Assembly: GCA_021777355.1 (NCBI GenBank)
Contig: JAJYDO010000003.1
Coordinates: 8,332 to 72,331 of the forward strand
Direction: 5' to 3'
Source of the DNA: Actinomycetes bacterium
Lineage (GTDB): Bacteria > Actinomycetota > Acidimicrobiia > Acidimicrobiales > JABEUL01
Length of the DNA: 64,000 nucleotides
In this document: positions 42,754-52,699 of the stretch, one piece after another
Numbering within the stretch: the stretch's first letter is position 1
How the letters are laid out: every line of letters begins with the position of its first letter
The notes under the pieces: generated by a model
Seen by the model: only the letters and a program-made list of their open reading frames with translations
Told to the model about the DNA's origin: nothing
The model's database searches: none
Translations under genes and position numbers: made by a program

Positions 42754-44295
42754 TCATTCGATGGGCTCAGAGAACAACTTGCGATCCTGTGAAGTAAGAC
42801 ACTTGCCAGAGTCCAGATCAAATCGCCAGCCGTGGAGTCTACAGGTTAAAACTCCATCTTCCACGTAGCCGAACTCCGTTAGGTCTGCTCTTAAATGCGG
42901 ACAGTATCTCTGGATTTTGTATCCTTCGCATTCAATAGTTTCACCAACCGGAGTATCGCTGCCGTAATAATTCTCAACAAATTCCATTCGCGACTCTGAC
43001 AGCGATTTAAAAAAGCTATAGACGTACTCGTTGTATGGTCCGTCTCTCTCGGCTTCGAATCGACAAGATAAAAATGCCATGTTTACCCAATCCTCTACCT
43101 TATTGGCCAAACAGTATTCCATGACTCCGTCTTGAAAATAAAATCTGTAACGACAGATCTGTCCTTGAAAGCACTCGACGGACTGGGTAAGAAAATCCAG
43201 GACAAATTCTCCGTTAGAACTACTAAGTAGTATCCTTCCATTTATTCCCCGACAGGTAAGAGGAGCACTCTTTAGCAAGGGTTCAAACCATTCCTTCATG
43301 ATTTGAAACATCTCTTCCCGCTTGAGTTTGGGCCACAACTTCTTTTCAGCTTCAATCTGTAAAGCGACTTCTTCCCGGCATGACTCCAGGTACTCGCGCT
43401 TTTTTTCGTAAGCGTCGCCAAGATCCTCAGGATTTTCAATAGCCAAAGATCCGCCGCTTATTTGAATTTTAGAATTGGGACCTATGAGGTGTGAAGTCTC
43501 AATTCCATTGTCCACAAGATATCTGATAAACACCCTCGCATCGCAAAAAATATTAATTTCGCTGACCTGCTCGCTCGAGGGATCGGAGAAATCGTTGAGC
43601 TCAAAGAGAGACTCATCTAAAAAGCAAGGGGGGCCAGCCGAAGGAAATACATTTTTAGCTCCAATTGCCTTAACATACTGGCAAGCTCGTTCTAGTTGGT
43701 TCTTTCGTTTTGCCCGGGCCAACCGATCTTTGAGTTTTTGGTCATATCTATAGACCATGGGAAACCAAATAGCACCGGAGAACTGTAGGAAATGAGCGTC
43801 ATAGACACCAAAACTATTTAGTAAGGTCAGATTTGGCGGCCTCGCATCATTTTGATTTAGTATCTTGGAGATTCCGTCATCAACGGCCAGCACTGAGTCT
43901 CCAAGAGGACCATCCGTAGGGGAGGAAAGGGAATTTACCATTATCCGATATCCTCCATCCAAAATCATATCCTCGCCGTTTCTGGTTTCAATAAAGAACT
44001 CGAAACCTAAATCCGACAGAGCGTCTCGCATGTGGCTGGTGCCAAACTCAGGAAGCAATACTCGAGATTTTTTGCTTACATATTTCTTCAAAAATACGGG
44101 ATCAAAATGATCAAAGTGGAGATGAGAAATATAAAGATAGTCTGGTCTGGAGATACTTTCAATGTCGATGTTTTTATTCGACGGATACGGGAACCACGAT
44201 GCCAGATAGGCCGGATTAAACCAAGGATCACATAAAATCGAACCGCACTCGCTCTCAAGATAGAGTCCGGCATGGCCAATGTAGGTGATCTGCAA
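42754..44295 (-). CDS. Fusion protein: N-terminal metallo-beta-lactamase fold plus C-terminal Rieske [2Fe-2S] domain
   Basis: The MBL motif is YISHLHFDHFD (HxHxDH). The C-terminal Rieske ligands are CPHLRADL...CRLHGWRF (C-x-H ... C-x-x-H). 513 aa. Confidence 0.75.
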   Translation of the reverse strand: MQITYIGHAGLYLESECGSILCDPWFNPAYLASWFPYPSNKNIDIESISRPDYLYISHLHFDHFDPVFLKKYVSKKSRVLLPEFGTSHMRDALSDLGFEFFIETRNGEDMILDGGYRIMVNSLSSPTDGPLGDSVLAVDDGISKILNQNDARPPNLTLLNSFGVYDAHFLQFSGAIWFPMVYRYDQKLKDRLARAKRKNQLERACQYVKAIGAKNVFPSAGPPCFLDESLFELNDFSDPSSEQVSEINIFCDARVFIRYLVDNGIETSHLIGPNSKIQISGGSLAIENPEDLGDAYEKKREYLESCREEVALQIEAEKKLWPKLKREEMFQIMKEWFEPLLKSAPLTCRGINGRILLSSSNGEFVLDFLTQSVECFQGQICRYRFYFQDGVMEYCLANKVEDWVNMAFLSCRFEAERDGPYNEYVYSFFKSLSESRMEFVENYYGSDTPVGETIECEGYKIQRYCPHLRADLTEFGYVEDGVLTCRLHGWRFDLDSGKCLTSQDRKLFSEPIE

Positions 44296-44316
44296 GCAAG
44301 TTCCCTAGATTAATAT

Positions 44317-44709
44317 CTAGATTGCGCCACCGCGCCGCGACTCCACAGCTACGCCAATCATGGCTGATACTACCATTGCTCCGCCGAGAAACGCTGTCCA
44401 AAGTCCAAAAACCAAAGCCAGCCCAAAACTTGCACAACCCATTCCGAAAACAAATGGCCAAATAGAAGAGTCAGGAAACGCCGCAATTACCCCTGCGCCT
44501 TCACTCAATGATCCGTCTTCTTTGTCCTCTTCGCGTGGTTCCATCCTATGAGACCACCAAAGATAATATGACCCAGGGAACGCTCCCAAAAGGGAGCTTC
44601 CACCTAGCATGGCCGTCCCAGCCCATTCGTGGCTCCAAACACCGTAAACAACAAACAAAGCCGCAAAGAATGCTGCAATTATAAGTAGTACTCGCCCCTC
44701 AAACCGCAT
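44317..44709 (-). CDS. ctaF: Cytochrome c oxidase subunit IV (actinobacterial CtaF type)
   Basis: 130 aa with four TM helices, located directly downstream of ctaC. The N-terminus MRFEGRVLLIIAAFFAALFVVYGVWSHEWAGT resembles actinobacterial CtaF. Confidence 0.7.
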   Translation of the reverse strand: MRFEGRVLLIIAAFFAALFVVYGVWSHEWAGTAMLGGSSLLGAFPGSYYLWWSHRMEPREEDKEDGSLSEGAGVIAAFPDSSIWPFVFGMGCASFGLALVFGLWTAFLGGAMVVSAMIGVAVESRRGGAI

Positions 44710-44739
44710 AATGTCTCCTTGAAATCATTACGTTCACTC

Positions 44740-45588
44740 TCAATATCCCGAACTGATAGTTTTGCCGTTGTGCTGAGCTAACCACTGATCAAACTGGGCC
44801 GTTGACTCTGCCTTAAATCCAAACAACATTTCCGTGTGATAAAGGCCGCAATACTGAGTACAGCGTCCTGGGTAATAACCAGCATCAGTTATATTAAAGT
44901 CGAATTGATTAACTTGTCCTGGTTGAGCATATCGAGAGAAGTTGAAAGAGGGCACATAAAAACCATGGACTACGTCTTTTGAAACCAACGTTACTCGAAT
45001 GGTTTCACCAACCGGCAGAACGGCGATTGGAATTGCCGGGGGCGTATAGCTTCCACTTACATCACTTCCAATAACAGTCGTCTTATAACCACTTCCGTCA
45101 TCGGCACTGTATTGAAACTCCCATCCCCACTGGAACGCCGTAATTTTCACATCCAGAAATGGATGACTGGAAACAGCATCAACCGTGTTTTCGGTCACAT
45201 AAGTAAAGTAAAAAAGAAAAGCCACAATTATCGACGGGATGACTGTGTAAATTATCTCAATTAAGCGATGCTCATGAAACTGCTTTGGAATTGTCTCATC
45301 GCCCCGTTTTCTTCGATAACGGAAAAATGCCCAAAACATCAATAACCAAACAATTGCGCCTACAACCAATGATGCAATAACTGACCAAGAAAAAAGTTTG
45401 AATGTCGACTGAGCCTGAGTAGTCGAGCCGCGATAGCCGCCAAAAGTCGGCAAATTGCATCCCCCAACTAATGCGCCGGAAACAATCAGAATTATCAGCT
45501 TAGGAGCTCTTAGAATCCTCGATATTTTCGACGCGTTAATCCGACTTAAAACCCATGGAATCACAAATACTAATCTACACGAGACCAA
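44740..45588 (-). CDS. ctaC: Cytochrome c oxidase subunit II
   Basis: The CuA site is CTQYCGLYHTEM, with HGFYVPSF upstream. The N-terminal lipobox-like sequence is ALVGGC. The exact start is uncertain. Confidence 0.9.
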   Translation of the reverse strand: MVSCRLVFVIPWVLSRINASKISRILRAPKLIILIVSGALVGGCNLPTFGGYRGSTTQAQSTFKLFSWSVIASLVVGAIVWLLMFWAFFRYRRKRGDETIPKQFHEHRLIEIIYTVIPSIIVAFLFYFTYVTENTVDAVSSHPFLDVKITAFQWGWEFQYSADDGSGYKTTVIGSDVSGSYTPPAIPIAVLPVGETIRVTLVSKDVVHGFYVPSFNFSRYAQPGQVNQFDFNITDAGYYPGRCTQYCGLYHTEMLFGFKAESTAQFDQWLAQHNGKTISSGY

Positions 45589-45796
45589 TGGCAGTTGCGA
45601 ACATTATCTGCTAAATTGCCAGACTTATTCTTCAACCAAAACAGGCGGCTGAATTGATCCAACACTAAAAGAAAGACCTGTATGTCTAAAATCCCTTCAG
45701 AACTATTCTCTAGGCTCTTTATGACAATGTGAGAATACCTGGAAAAACAATAAATATAGGGCCAAAGTTTGCATTTTCAAAAGGGAAAAGCTGCAA

Positions 45797-46012
45797 CTAG
45801 CTACTTTTCTCCGAACTTGACTCTCCGCTTGCTTCAGCCTTTTTTTCCTCTTCCACGCCTTCTTGAAGACCCTTTTTGAATTCGTGCGATGCCGAACCTA
45901 AGCCCCTCGCTAGCTGCGGAAGTTTTGTTCCTCCAAACAGCAAAATTATGCCGACCACTACTATGACAATGATTCCATCGAGACCAAAAATATCTGCAAC
46001 TATTCCAGACAT
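45797..46012 (-). CDS. tatA: Twin-arginine translocase subunit TatA/E
   Basis: From ATG 46012 (with GAAGGAGGAG upstream): MSGIVADIFGLDGIIVIVVVGIILLFGGTKLPQLARGLGSASHEFKKG. This shows the canonical FG...KLP...G..(R/H)EFKK pattern. Confidence 0.85.
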   Translation of the reverse strand: MSGIVADIFGLDGIIVIVVVGIILLFGGTKLPQLARGLGSASHEFKKGLQEGVEEEKKAEASGESSSEKSS

Positions 46013-46091
46013 GGCTCCTCCTTCTTTTGCAGGCAATACCATTTTAGGCCTAATTTTAGGACAATGGGCAACAATGCCTGGCAAACGCCGG

Positions 46092-46517
46092 TTAACCGGC
46101 TATAAAAACTCCTAAAACCAGCGCCACTATGGCTCCAGTGCCGGCAACAGACCCCCAAATGGCAAGCCCCGCCTTGGATTTCGATCTGGCATGAAAAAAA
46201 GCGCCGACTCCGGATGCAATGACAAAAAACATCTTTATTGAGAATACAGCCATCCATTGAGACGATGGCTTGACCTTAGCTACTTCAAAGTAATTCCAGA
46301 AACCTGTAATTACTAAGACGCCAAAAGCAGGCCAGGCGAGCTTGGCAAACTGATTTGCCACCGCCTTTGTCGCTTCGCTTCCAAAAGCGCGCAACTTGGG
46401 CACTACCCCAGCTAATGCAATTTGTCCACCCACCCAAATAGTTGCCGCCAAAATGTGAAGAGAAATTCTCACTCCGTCTAAGAAGGGAGCAAGTGTGGCG
46501 CCCGATGCTCCAAGCAA
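46092..46517 (-). CDS. Hypothetical 4-TM membrane protein between qcrB and tatA
   Basis: 141 aa and hydrophobic. It lies 2 nt downstream of the qcrB stop, so co-transcription is likely. I recognise no motif. Confidence 0.5.
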   Translation of the reverse strand: MLGASGATLAPFLDGVRISLHILAATIWVGGQIALAGVVPKLRAFGSEATKAVANQFAKLAWPAFGVLVITGFWNYFEVAKVKPSSQWMAVFSIKMFFVIASGVGAFFHARSKSKAGLAIWGSVAGTGAIVALVLGVFIAG

Positions 46518-46519
46518 GC

Positions 46520-48115
46520 TCAGTCCCTCTCTACTCTTTTAACCCCTTGGTCGGCAGGCGGCGGCAATTTATTCAACTCAGTGCTTGAAACCCCTATGAG
46601 TTCAGATGACTCTCTAATCTTTTCCGAAACTTCCTCGGTTAACTCCAACGGTTCCTCTTCTTCCCCTGAGAGAACGTCCAAATCACCGGGACGAGCCGGA
46701 GTCTTTTCCGAAAAATACTCACCTTCGGCGGTTCTCAAAACAACATTAAATCGTTTTCTTCTCCCGCCGTAACGGCCGAGAGCTTGAAGCTCTAAACAAA
46801 TCTTGTAAGTAATCCCTGCAACAAAAAATGGAATGATATAAGTTGCAAACCTGAAGAACCATAGAACCAAGTTCAAAGAGATATTAAAATAATTCGCTAG
46901 GACATCAGTTGACGACGCTGCAAAAAGCATGAAGAAAAATGCCAAAGCGCCAGCTCCAATTGAAGTCCTCCATGGATTGTCCCTGGGTCTTTCAAGCAGG
47001 TGGTGTTCCTTATAATCCTTGCGCACCTTGGCTTCAATAAATGGCCAGACTATGAAGATATTAAAGGCTATTCCCGGAAGCAAAACTGCCGGGAAGAACA
47101 TATTGGGAATCATGTATCCAAAGTTCTGGAATTCCCAGGAAGGCATGATTCTTAATGCGCCGTCAAGCCAGCCCATATACCAGTCCGGCTGCACCGCATA
47201 GCTGACCTTATATGGAAAATACTGTCCATACTGCCAGATCGGATTAATTTGTGCCCAGCCACCGAGCCCGGCCAAGACCGCAACAACCAAGAAAAAATAG
47301 CCCTGCGTTTTGAACATGAAACCGGGCCACATAGGCGTGCCGACAACATTTTTCTCTGTTTTGCCAGGTCCAGAAAATTGAGTGTGCTTTTGCTTGACCA
47401 ACAGTGCCAAGTGAGCTCCGACAAGAGCGACCATGATGGCGGGCACCAGAAGGACGTGAAGCATAAACATTCTTGGGATAATTACTCCGTTGCCTGGATA
47501 GTTTCCTCCAAATAACCAGAACGCAAGATGAGTTCCAACTACCGGAATTGACTCAACAACTGAAAACATGATTCGAAGTCCCGTACCTGAAATCAGATCA
47601 TCAGGCAGTGAATATCCTAAGAATCCATTTGAAATCCCAAGGATTAATAGAGTTACTCCAACTATCCAGTTAAGCTCTCTAGGCCTTCTAAATGCACCTG
47701 TGAAAAACACTCTACACATATGAACTGCAATAGCGCCCAGGAATATATCAGCAGCCCAGTGGTGCATTTGTCGGACCAAAAGGCCAAATCGCACATCAAA
47801 AGATATTGCAAGAGTCGAATTATAAGCAGCCGACACCTGCGTGCCCTTAAGCGGAGCATAACTTCCGTGGTAGGTGAGCATATCGGCAGAAGGCACATAA
47901 TAAAGAGTCAGAAAAACTCCTGTCACCAACAGAACCACAAATGAGTAAAGGGCAATTTCGCCCAACATAAACGACCAGTGGTCGGGAAATATTTTATTAA
48001 AAAATACCCTTCCCCCTTTGGCAAGACCTAAGCGATCATCAAGCCACTTCGCCCCTGCCGTGGCCTTCTCGGCTCCCGTTTGTTTAGGTTTATCTTTTTT
48101 CAAGAGTGAAGGCAT
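46520..48115 (-). CDS. qcrB: Cytochrome bc1 complex cytochrome b subunit
   Basis: Heme-ligand helices (RQMHHWAADIFLGAIAVH and MFMLHVLLVPA), multiple TM helices and a long actinobacterial C-terminal extension. Confidence 0.9.
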   Translation of the reverse strand: MPSLLKKDKPKQTGAEKATAGAKWLDDRLGLAKGGRVFFNKIFPDHWSFMLGEIALYSFVVLLVTGVFLTLYYVPSADMLTYHGSYAPLKGTQVSAAYNSTLAISFDVRFGLLVRQMHHWAADIFLGAIAVHMCRVFFTGAFRRPRELNWIVGVTLLILGISNGFLGYSLPDDLISGTGLRIMFSVVESIPVVGTHLAFWLFGGNYPGNGVIIPRMFMLHVLLVPAIMVALVGAHLALLVKQKHTQFSGPGKTEKNVVGTPMWPGFMFKTQGYFFLVVAVLAGLGGWAQINPIWQYGQYFPYKVSYAVQPDWYMGWLDGALRIMPSWEFQNFGYMIPNMFFPAVLLPGIAFNIFIVWPFIEAKVRKDYKEHHLLERPRDNPWRTSIGAGALAFFFMLFAASSTDVLANYFNISLNLVLWFFRFATYIIPFFVAGITYKICLELQALGRYGGRRKRFNVVLRTAEGEYFSEKTPARPGDLDVLSGEEEEPLELTEEVSEKIRESSELIGVSSTELNKLPPPADQGVKRVERD

Positions 48116-48118
48116 CGT

Positions 48119-49072
48119 TTAGAAATTCCAATATCCAGGACCAATGGGCTCGTTATAACCGGCTTGGGCAATTATGTATCCATTTTTGTCAATTGCCAAA
48201 GGCAGCTGAGGAAGCGGTCTCGGTGCCGGGCCAAATACCGGTTCGGCGGCTTGCAGCACATTGAAAAGTGACTGGTGGCAAGGGCAAAGTAACTGTTCGG
48301 TCTCTTGTTGGTAAAGGCTTATTGGACATCCGGCGTGAGTGCAAACCTTTGAATATGCCAGGTAACCCTGAGGGCCCCAGCTCTCTCTCCCTGGCATTGT
48401 TACAATGTCGGAGGTCCCAGCCCTTATAAGAAGAGTTTGTCCGTCGTAACTTCCTACGTTTCCTTCAGGGAAAACAGTCATGAAACCGCCGACTTCCAAG
48501 TCGTCAACTTTGATGGCTCTTCCGTGCTCAGTAACAACCTTTGAGCCTTTTTTCCATGCAGTGGAATCAAGCGCATTACCCGGATTTGGTCCAAGTGAAT
48601 CCAACAATGGTCCAAGAGAAAAAATGCCAAATATTGCAGTTGCCAATCCAAGCAGCTTTCCCAAAAAGCTCCTTCTTTTAACCGCGATAGTCCCTCGTCC
48701 TATAAATGCGTCGGCAAAAGCTTTCCGGTCCTCTTCTGTCGAACCTATTTGATGACGCTCTTCTTCAAATGGACCTTTTGGCATAAGATATTTGCCCCAT
48801 GCAACCATTCCCACTCCAAGTCCCCCAAAGCCCGCCGCCATGAGAGCTCCCTCTACTTGAGTTGATGACCCTCTGACATAGAAAACCATCATTGCGACAA
48901 AACAAGCTATGCCTACAATGAAACAAAGAGCAATCAGTTTTTCCATCTGATCGGGCTTTTTGGCCAAAAGATCCAGCCTCGGATCACGAGTAGGATCGAT
49001 TGCGGCTTCGCTTGTTTGAACTTGCTCGGTTGAGGTCACCTCTTTCTCGCTCAAGACCTGTCTCCAATCCAA
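48119..49072 (-). CDS. qcrA: Cytochrome bc1 complex Rieske iron-sulfur subunit
   Basis: Rieske boxes CTHAGCP and CPCHQSLF, with N-terminal TM helices. Confidence 0.9.
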   Translation of the reverse strand: MDWRQVLSEKEVTSTEQVQTSEAAIDPTRDPRLDLLAKKPDQMEKLIALCFIVGIACFVAMMVFYVRGSSTQVEGALMAAGFGGLGVGMVAWGKYLMPKGPFEEERHQIGSTEEDRKAFADAFIGRGTIAVKRRSFLGKLLGLATAIFGIFSLGPLLDSLGPNPGNALDSTAWKKGSKVVTEHGRAIKVDDLEVGGFMTVFPEGNVGSYDGQTLLIRAGTSDIVTMPGRESWGPQGYLAYSKVCTHAGCPISLYQQETEQLLCPCHQSLFNVLQAAEPVFGPAPRPLPQLPLAIDKNGYIIAQAGYNEPIGPGYWNF

Positions 49073-49986
49073 AGAGCAAACAACATAAGAATTCCCACTC
49101 CAATCAAGAGCCCAACAAAACCTTCTGCAACCGGCCCGACCCCTCCAAGTCCAAAACCGCCTGCGTTATCAGGATGTTGGATGCTTTGGGTTACGTATTT
49201 AACTATGTCATTTACTTGCGCATTGGTCATAATCCCCGGCGAAAAACGAGGCATATTGGCAGGGCCTGTTCTTATTGCCTCCGCAACCTGCGTAGGAGTG
49301 GCCTGGTGCAAACTTGGCGCATATGCACCGCTTGCCAGTTCGTCACCGGCGCCGGTTATGGTATGACAGCCAGCGCAGTTAAGTGCAAACAAACTTGCAC
49401 CTTCAGCAATAGATGCATTTGAAACTCCCGACACATTTGGAATCAAAGGACCCCCTGGTCCCAAAGAGGTCACATAGGCCACAATGTCAAGAGACTGGCT
49501 CGGATCATATCGAGGCGGCTTTCTCTCGGGCTGAACAATGGTGTTGGCAAGCGGCATTCGTCCTGTTGTAACCCAGAAATCTATTGTGGCTGGCCCTAAG
49601 CCAACTAGGTTTGGAGCCCTTGACGAGCCCTCTGCCCCTATTCCGTGGCAACTTGAACAACTTTGGTCAAAATATATTTTTCCCTGTTCCACTTGGGAAT
49701 TTGTAGCCGGAGTGCCCGAGTCCTCGTAAAGCAGAGGACCGGTATTAACTGAAGTGGGCTTAGCCTCTGTAGTCGAAGTCGAAGAAGTGGTCGTAGAGCT
49801 TGTCGAAGAAGTGGTCGAGGAGACTGAAACCAAGTTTTCCATTGAAGTTCCGCTCTTTGAAATTTGGGCACCACTTCGAAAGGTGGTCATGGCAATCATG
49901 ATCACCGTTGCAATAACGACAAAGGGCAGGAGTTTACGTAGGTATTTCAACTTAAAAGGAATAGACAGGAAAATAAGCCAATCCAC
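49051..49986 (-). CDS. qcrC: Cytochrome bc1 complex diheme cytochrome c subunit
   Basis: Two CxxCH sites (CSSCHG and CAGCHT) and a C-terminal TM anchor. The ORF-track start is a GTG at 49986. An alternative TTG at 49950 overlaps the ctaE stop as TTGA. Confidence 0.9.
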   Translation of the reverse strand: MDWLIFLSIPFKLKYLRKLLPFVVIATVIMIAMTTFRSGAQISKSGTSMENLVSVSSTTSSTSSTTTSSTSTTEAKPTSVNTGPLLYEDSGTPATNSQVEQGKIYFDQSCSSCHGIGAEGSSRAPNLVGLGPATIDFWVTTGRMPLANTIVQPERKPPRYDPSQSLDIVAYVTSLGPGGPLIPNVSGVSNASIAEGASLFALNCAGCHTITGAGDELASGAYAPSLHQATPTQVAEAIRTGPANMPRFSPGIMTNAQVNDIVKYVTQSIQHPDNAGGFGLGGVGPVAEGFVGLLIGVGILMLFALWIGDRS

Positions 49987-50546
49987 ATGAAGTCAACGAA
50001 GTGCCAATAGTAACTAACTCCCTGGAAAACAGATACTTCTCCCGGATCGCCATCACCACCAGCAATGCGTCCTAACAATCCTAGCATTGCAACAAGACCT
50101 AAAAGGACGTGCAATCCGTGAAGGCCACTCATAATAAAAAACAATGACCCGTACACTGAAGACGATGGCGAAAATGGAAGAGTGATCCATTCGTACAGCT
50201 GATTACCCGCAAATGCAAATCCCATGAAAAATGTAGCTATAAGCCAAATCTTGGCCTCCGCACGCCTTCCTCGCTCCATGAGAAAAACAGCCCGCTGCAT
50301 GGTCGCACTCGATGAAAGAAGAACAATCGAAAAAATACTTGCCTGCACATAATCCAAGTCCGTACCAGGTGGCGGCCAGTGAAGAGCATGCGCTCTAATA
50401 GTAAAAAACGTTCCAAAAAGGGCCGAGAAAAACATAAACTCGGAACCCAACCAGATAATTACGCCGACAGCTAATACCGGCGGGCGTCTTTTGCCAGCCG
50501 GACCGGGAACTTTGGGAACGTGGTCCAGAGCAATTACTTGGGTCAC
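49947..50546 (-). CDS. ctaE: Cytochrome c oxidase subunit III
   Basis: 199 aa with five TM helices. WYWHFVDFMWIGLF is the conserved subunit III C-terminal block. Confidence 0.9.
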   Translation of the reverse strand: MTQVIALDHVPKVPGPAGKRRPPVLAVGVIIWLGSEFMFFSALFGTFFTIRAHALHWPPPGTDLDYVQASIFSIVLLSSSATMQRAVFLMERGRRAEAKIWLIATFFMGFAFAGNQLYEWITLPFSPSSSVYGSLFFIMSGLHGLHVLLGLVAMLGLLGRIAGGDGDPGEVSVFQGVSYYWHFVDFMWIGLFSCLFLLS

Positions 50547-50587
50547 CCTTATATTCTTATACGAAAACTAGGTGCGATAGCAACAAC

Positions 50588-51733
50588 TTGGCATATATCG
50601 TCTTAGATGTGGATAAAAATAATCGATTCCTGGCCGCTTGTCGAGGGGAAACCGTAGACCGGGTTCCTGTTTGGTTTATGCGCCAAGCTGGCCGCTCTCT
50701 TCCTGAATACAGGGAAATTCGAGGAGTCGGCTCCATCCTTGAAATTCTTACTGATCCGGAACTTTCGGCAAAGATCACACTCCAACCCGTTGAAAGACAC
50801 GGTGTTGACGCGGCTGTCTTGTATTCCGACATTGTTGTCCCACTTAAAGCATTTCATGTTGATGTCGACATAGTTCAAGGAGTCGGACCGGTAGTATCTG
50901 AACCAGTTAGAACAAAAAATGATCTGGCAAAACTAATAGATAAAAAAAGTGATCCGGATTTTGAATCACTAAACGAAACTGTTTCAATAGTTTCAAAAAA
51001 AGCTGAAGTGCCCCTAATAGGATTTGCAGGAGGACCCTTTACGGTTGCATGCTACCTAGTGGATGGTCGCCCAAGTAAAAACTGGAGTGAAACGCGAAAA
51101 CTTTTTATAACCGAACCGGAATTGTTTGGACAACTTCTTGATTACCTTTGCGACATTTCATTTGAAAGCGCTAAAAAACAAATTCAATCGGGTGCCAGCG
51201 CTATTCAAATCTTTGATTCTTGGATTGGATCGCTATCTCGCAAGGAGTACTTGGAAATTGTCATGCCGCACACCGCACTGCTATTTCGAAGACTTGCAAA
51301 ATTGAATGTTCCATTAATATATTTTGGTCTTGGAACAGCAGAAATACTTGATCTTATGGCGTTAAGCGGCCCGGATGTCATAAGCGTCGATCACCAAGTG
51401 CCCCTGGGCCTGGCATGGGAGAGAATCAGTAAATCTTGGGAAAATAACAATGTATCGGAATTTGCAATTGATGCAGTTTCACAACATCTTCCAAAGGCAA
51501 TTCAGGGCAATCTCAACCCACTGAACTGCTTGGTGGGGTGGAAATATTTAGAGCCGCTTGCCCTGGATGTTTTAAAAGAAGGTATGGCTTTAAGAACAGG
51601 CATGGAAAGAGAAAGCAGCGGCAATAGTTCAGCTGGCTACATATTCAACTTGGGTCACGGCGTGCTGCCAGAAACCAATCCGGATAACCTAACGAAGATT
51701 GTCGAATTGATAAAACGCGAAGGAATTTATTAG
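50588..51733 (+). CDS. hemE: Uroporphyrinogen decarboxylase
   Basis: PVWFMRQAGRSLPEYRE is the HemE signature. The start is TTG 50588 or GTG 50609. Confidence 0.9.
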   Translation: MAYIVLDVDKNNRFLAACRGETVDRVPVWFMRQAGRSLPEYREIRGVGSILEILTDPELSAKITLQPVERHGVDAAVLYSDIVVPLKAFHVDVDIVQGVGPVVSEPVRTKNDLAKLIDKKSDPDFESLNETVSIVSKKAEVPLIGFAGGPFTVACYLVDGRPSKNWSETRKLFITEPELFGQLLDYLCDISFESAKKQIQSGASAIQIFDSWIGSLSRKEYLEIVMPHTALLFRRLAKLNVPLIYFGLGTAEILDLMALSGPDVISVDHQVPLGLAWERISKSWENNNVSEFAIDAVSQHLPKAIQGNLNPLNCLVGWKYLEPLALDVLKEGMALRTGMERESSGNSSAGYIFNLGHGVLPETNPDNLTKIVELIKREGIY

Positions 51734-51736
51734 CCA

Positions 51737-52669
51737 ATGCCACCTCCTGAAACTAAAGGGATCCTATTATTGGCTCACGGCACTCCACAAAGTATTGACG
51801 AGTTCCCCGAATTCTTGAAAAGCATCAAAAGGGGTGGAACAGTTGAAGAAGAAGTATTAAACGAAGTTATTAGAAGGTATCACTCTATTGGTGGCTTATC
51901 TCCTTTGATTCAAATTTCTAACGACCAAACGCGCGAACTTCAAAGGTTATTGGATGCAAAATGTCCCAATGAATTTTTAGTAGAACTTGGGAATAAGCAC
52001 TGCGAACCTTCGATAGAAAAAAGCGCTGAGAGTCTTTTAGCTCAAAATGTTACGGAAATCACCGCAATTGTCTTGACGCCTCATTATTCAACAATGGGCA
52101 CGGGAGAGTATCTAAATCGGGTAAAAGATGCCATTGGCCAAGCCCCTGTGAAGGCCAATTTGGTCAAATCTTGGTGGAATAATGACAAATTCTTGGAATT
52201 ATTAGCTTTGCGGGTGCAAAGTGCATTGCTAGAACTGCCTTTTGAAAATAGTGCAGTGATATTTAGTGCCCATTCACTCCCGACGCGAATATTAGACATT
52301 GGAGATCCATATCCGAATGAGCATATTGGCACGGCATCAAAAGTCGCAGAGAAACTCAACCTCAGCAAGGACCGATTTAAAGTGGCCTGGCAAAGTGCCG
52401 GGATGTCCGGCGGATCTTGGCTCGAACCATCGCTGGCTTTATGCATAAATGACTTTGTCAAGGAGGGTTTTGAAAATATCGTAATCTGCCCAGACGGTTT
52501 TACATCTGATCACACGGAGATCCTCTACGACTTAGACATCGAAGCAAAACACTTGGCAGATTCGCTTGGTGCCAAGACATATCGCACCAAGTCACTTAAT
52601 GCCGATCCGGCCTTTATTGAAGTTTTGGCCGATATTGCAATACACCCTGCGTCATTTGATATGGCTTAA
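51737..52669 (+). CDS. cpfC: Ferrochelatase family, probably coproporphyrin ferrochelatase
   Basis: Motifs LLLAHGTP, FSAHSLP and the C-terminal region ICPDGFTSDHTEILYDLD. The actinobacterial context with a HemY-type oxidase next door supports the call. Confidence 0.85.
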   Translation: MPPPETKGILLLAHGTPQSIDEFPEFLKSIKRGGTVEEEVLNEVIRRYHSIGGLSPLIQISNDQTRELQRLLDAKCPNEFLVELGNKHCEPSIEKSAESLLAQNVTEITAIVLTPHYSTMGTGEYLNRVKDAIGQAPVKANLVKSWWNNDKFLELLALRVQSALLELPFENSAVIFSAHSLPTRILDIGDPYPNEHIGTASKVAEKLNLSKDRFKVAWQSAGMSGGSWLEPSLALCINDFVKEGFENIVICPDGFTSDHTEILYDLDIEAKHLADSLGAKTYRTKSLNADPAFIEVLADIAIHPASFDMA

Positions 52670-52699
52670 CTTAGTTACAATTGTCAAATTGGCTTTTAT

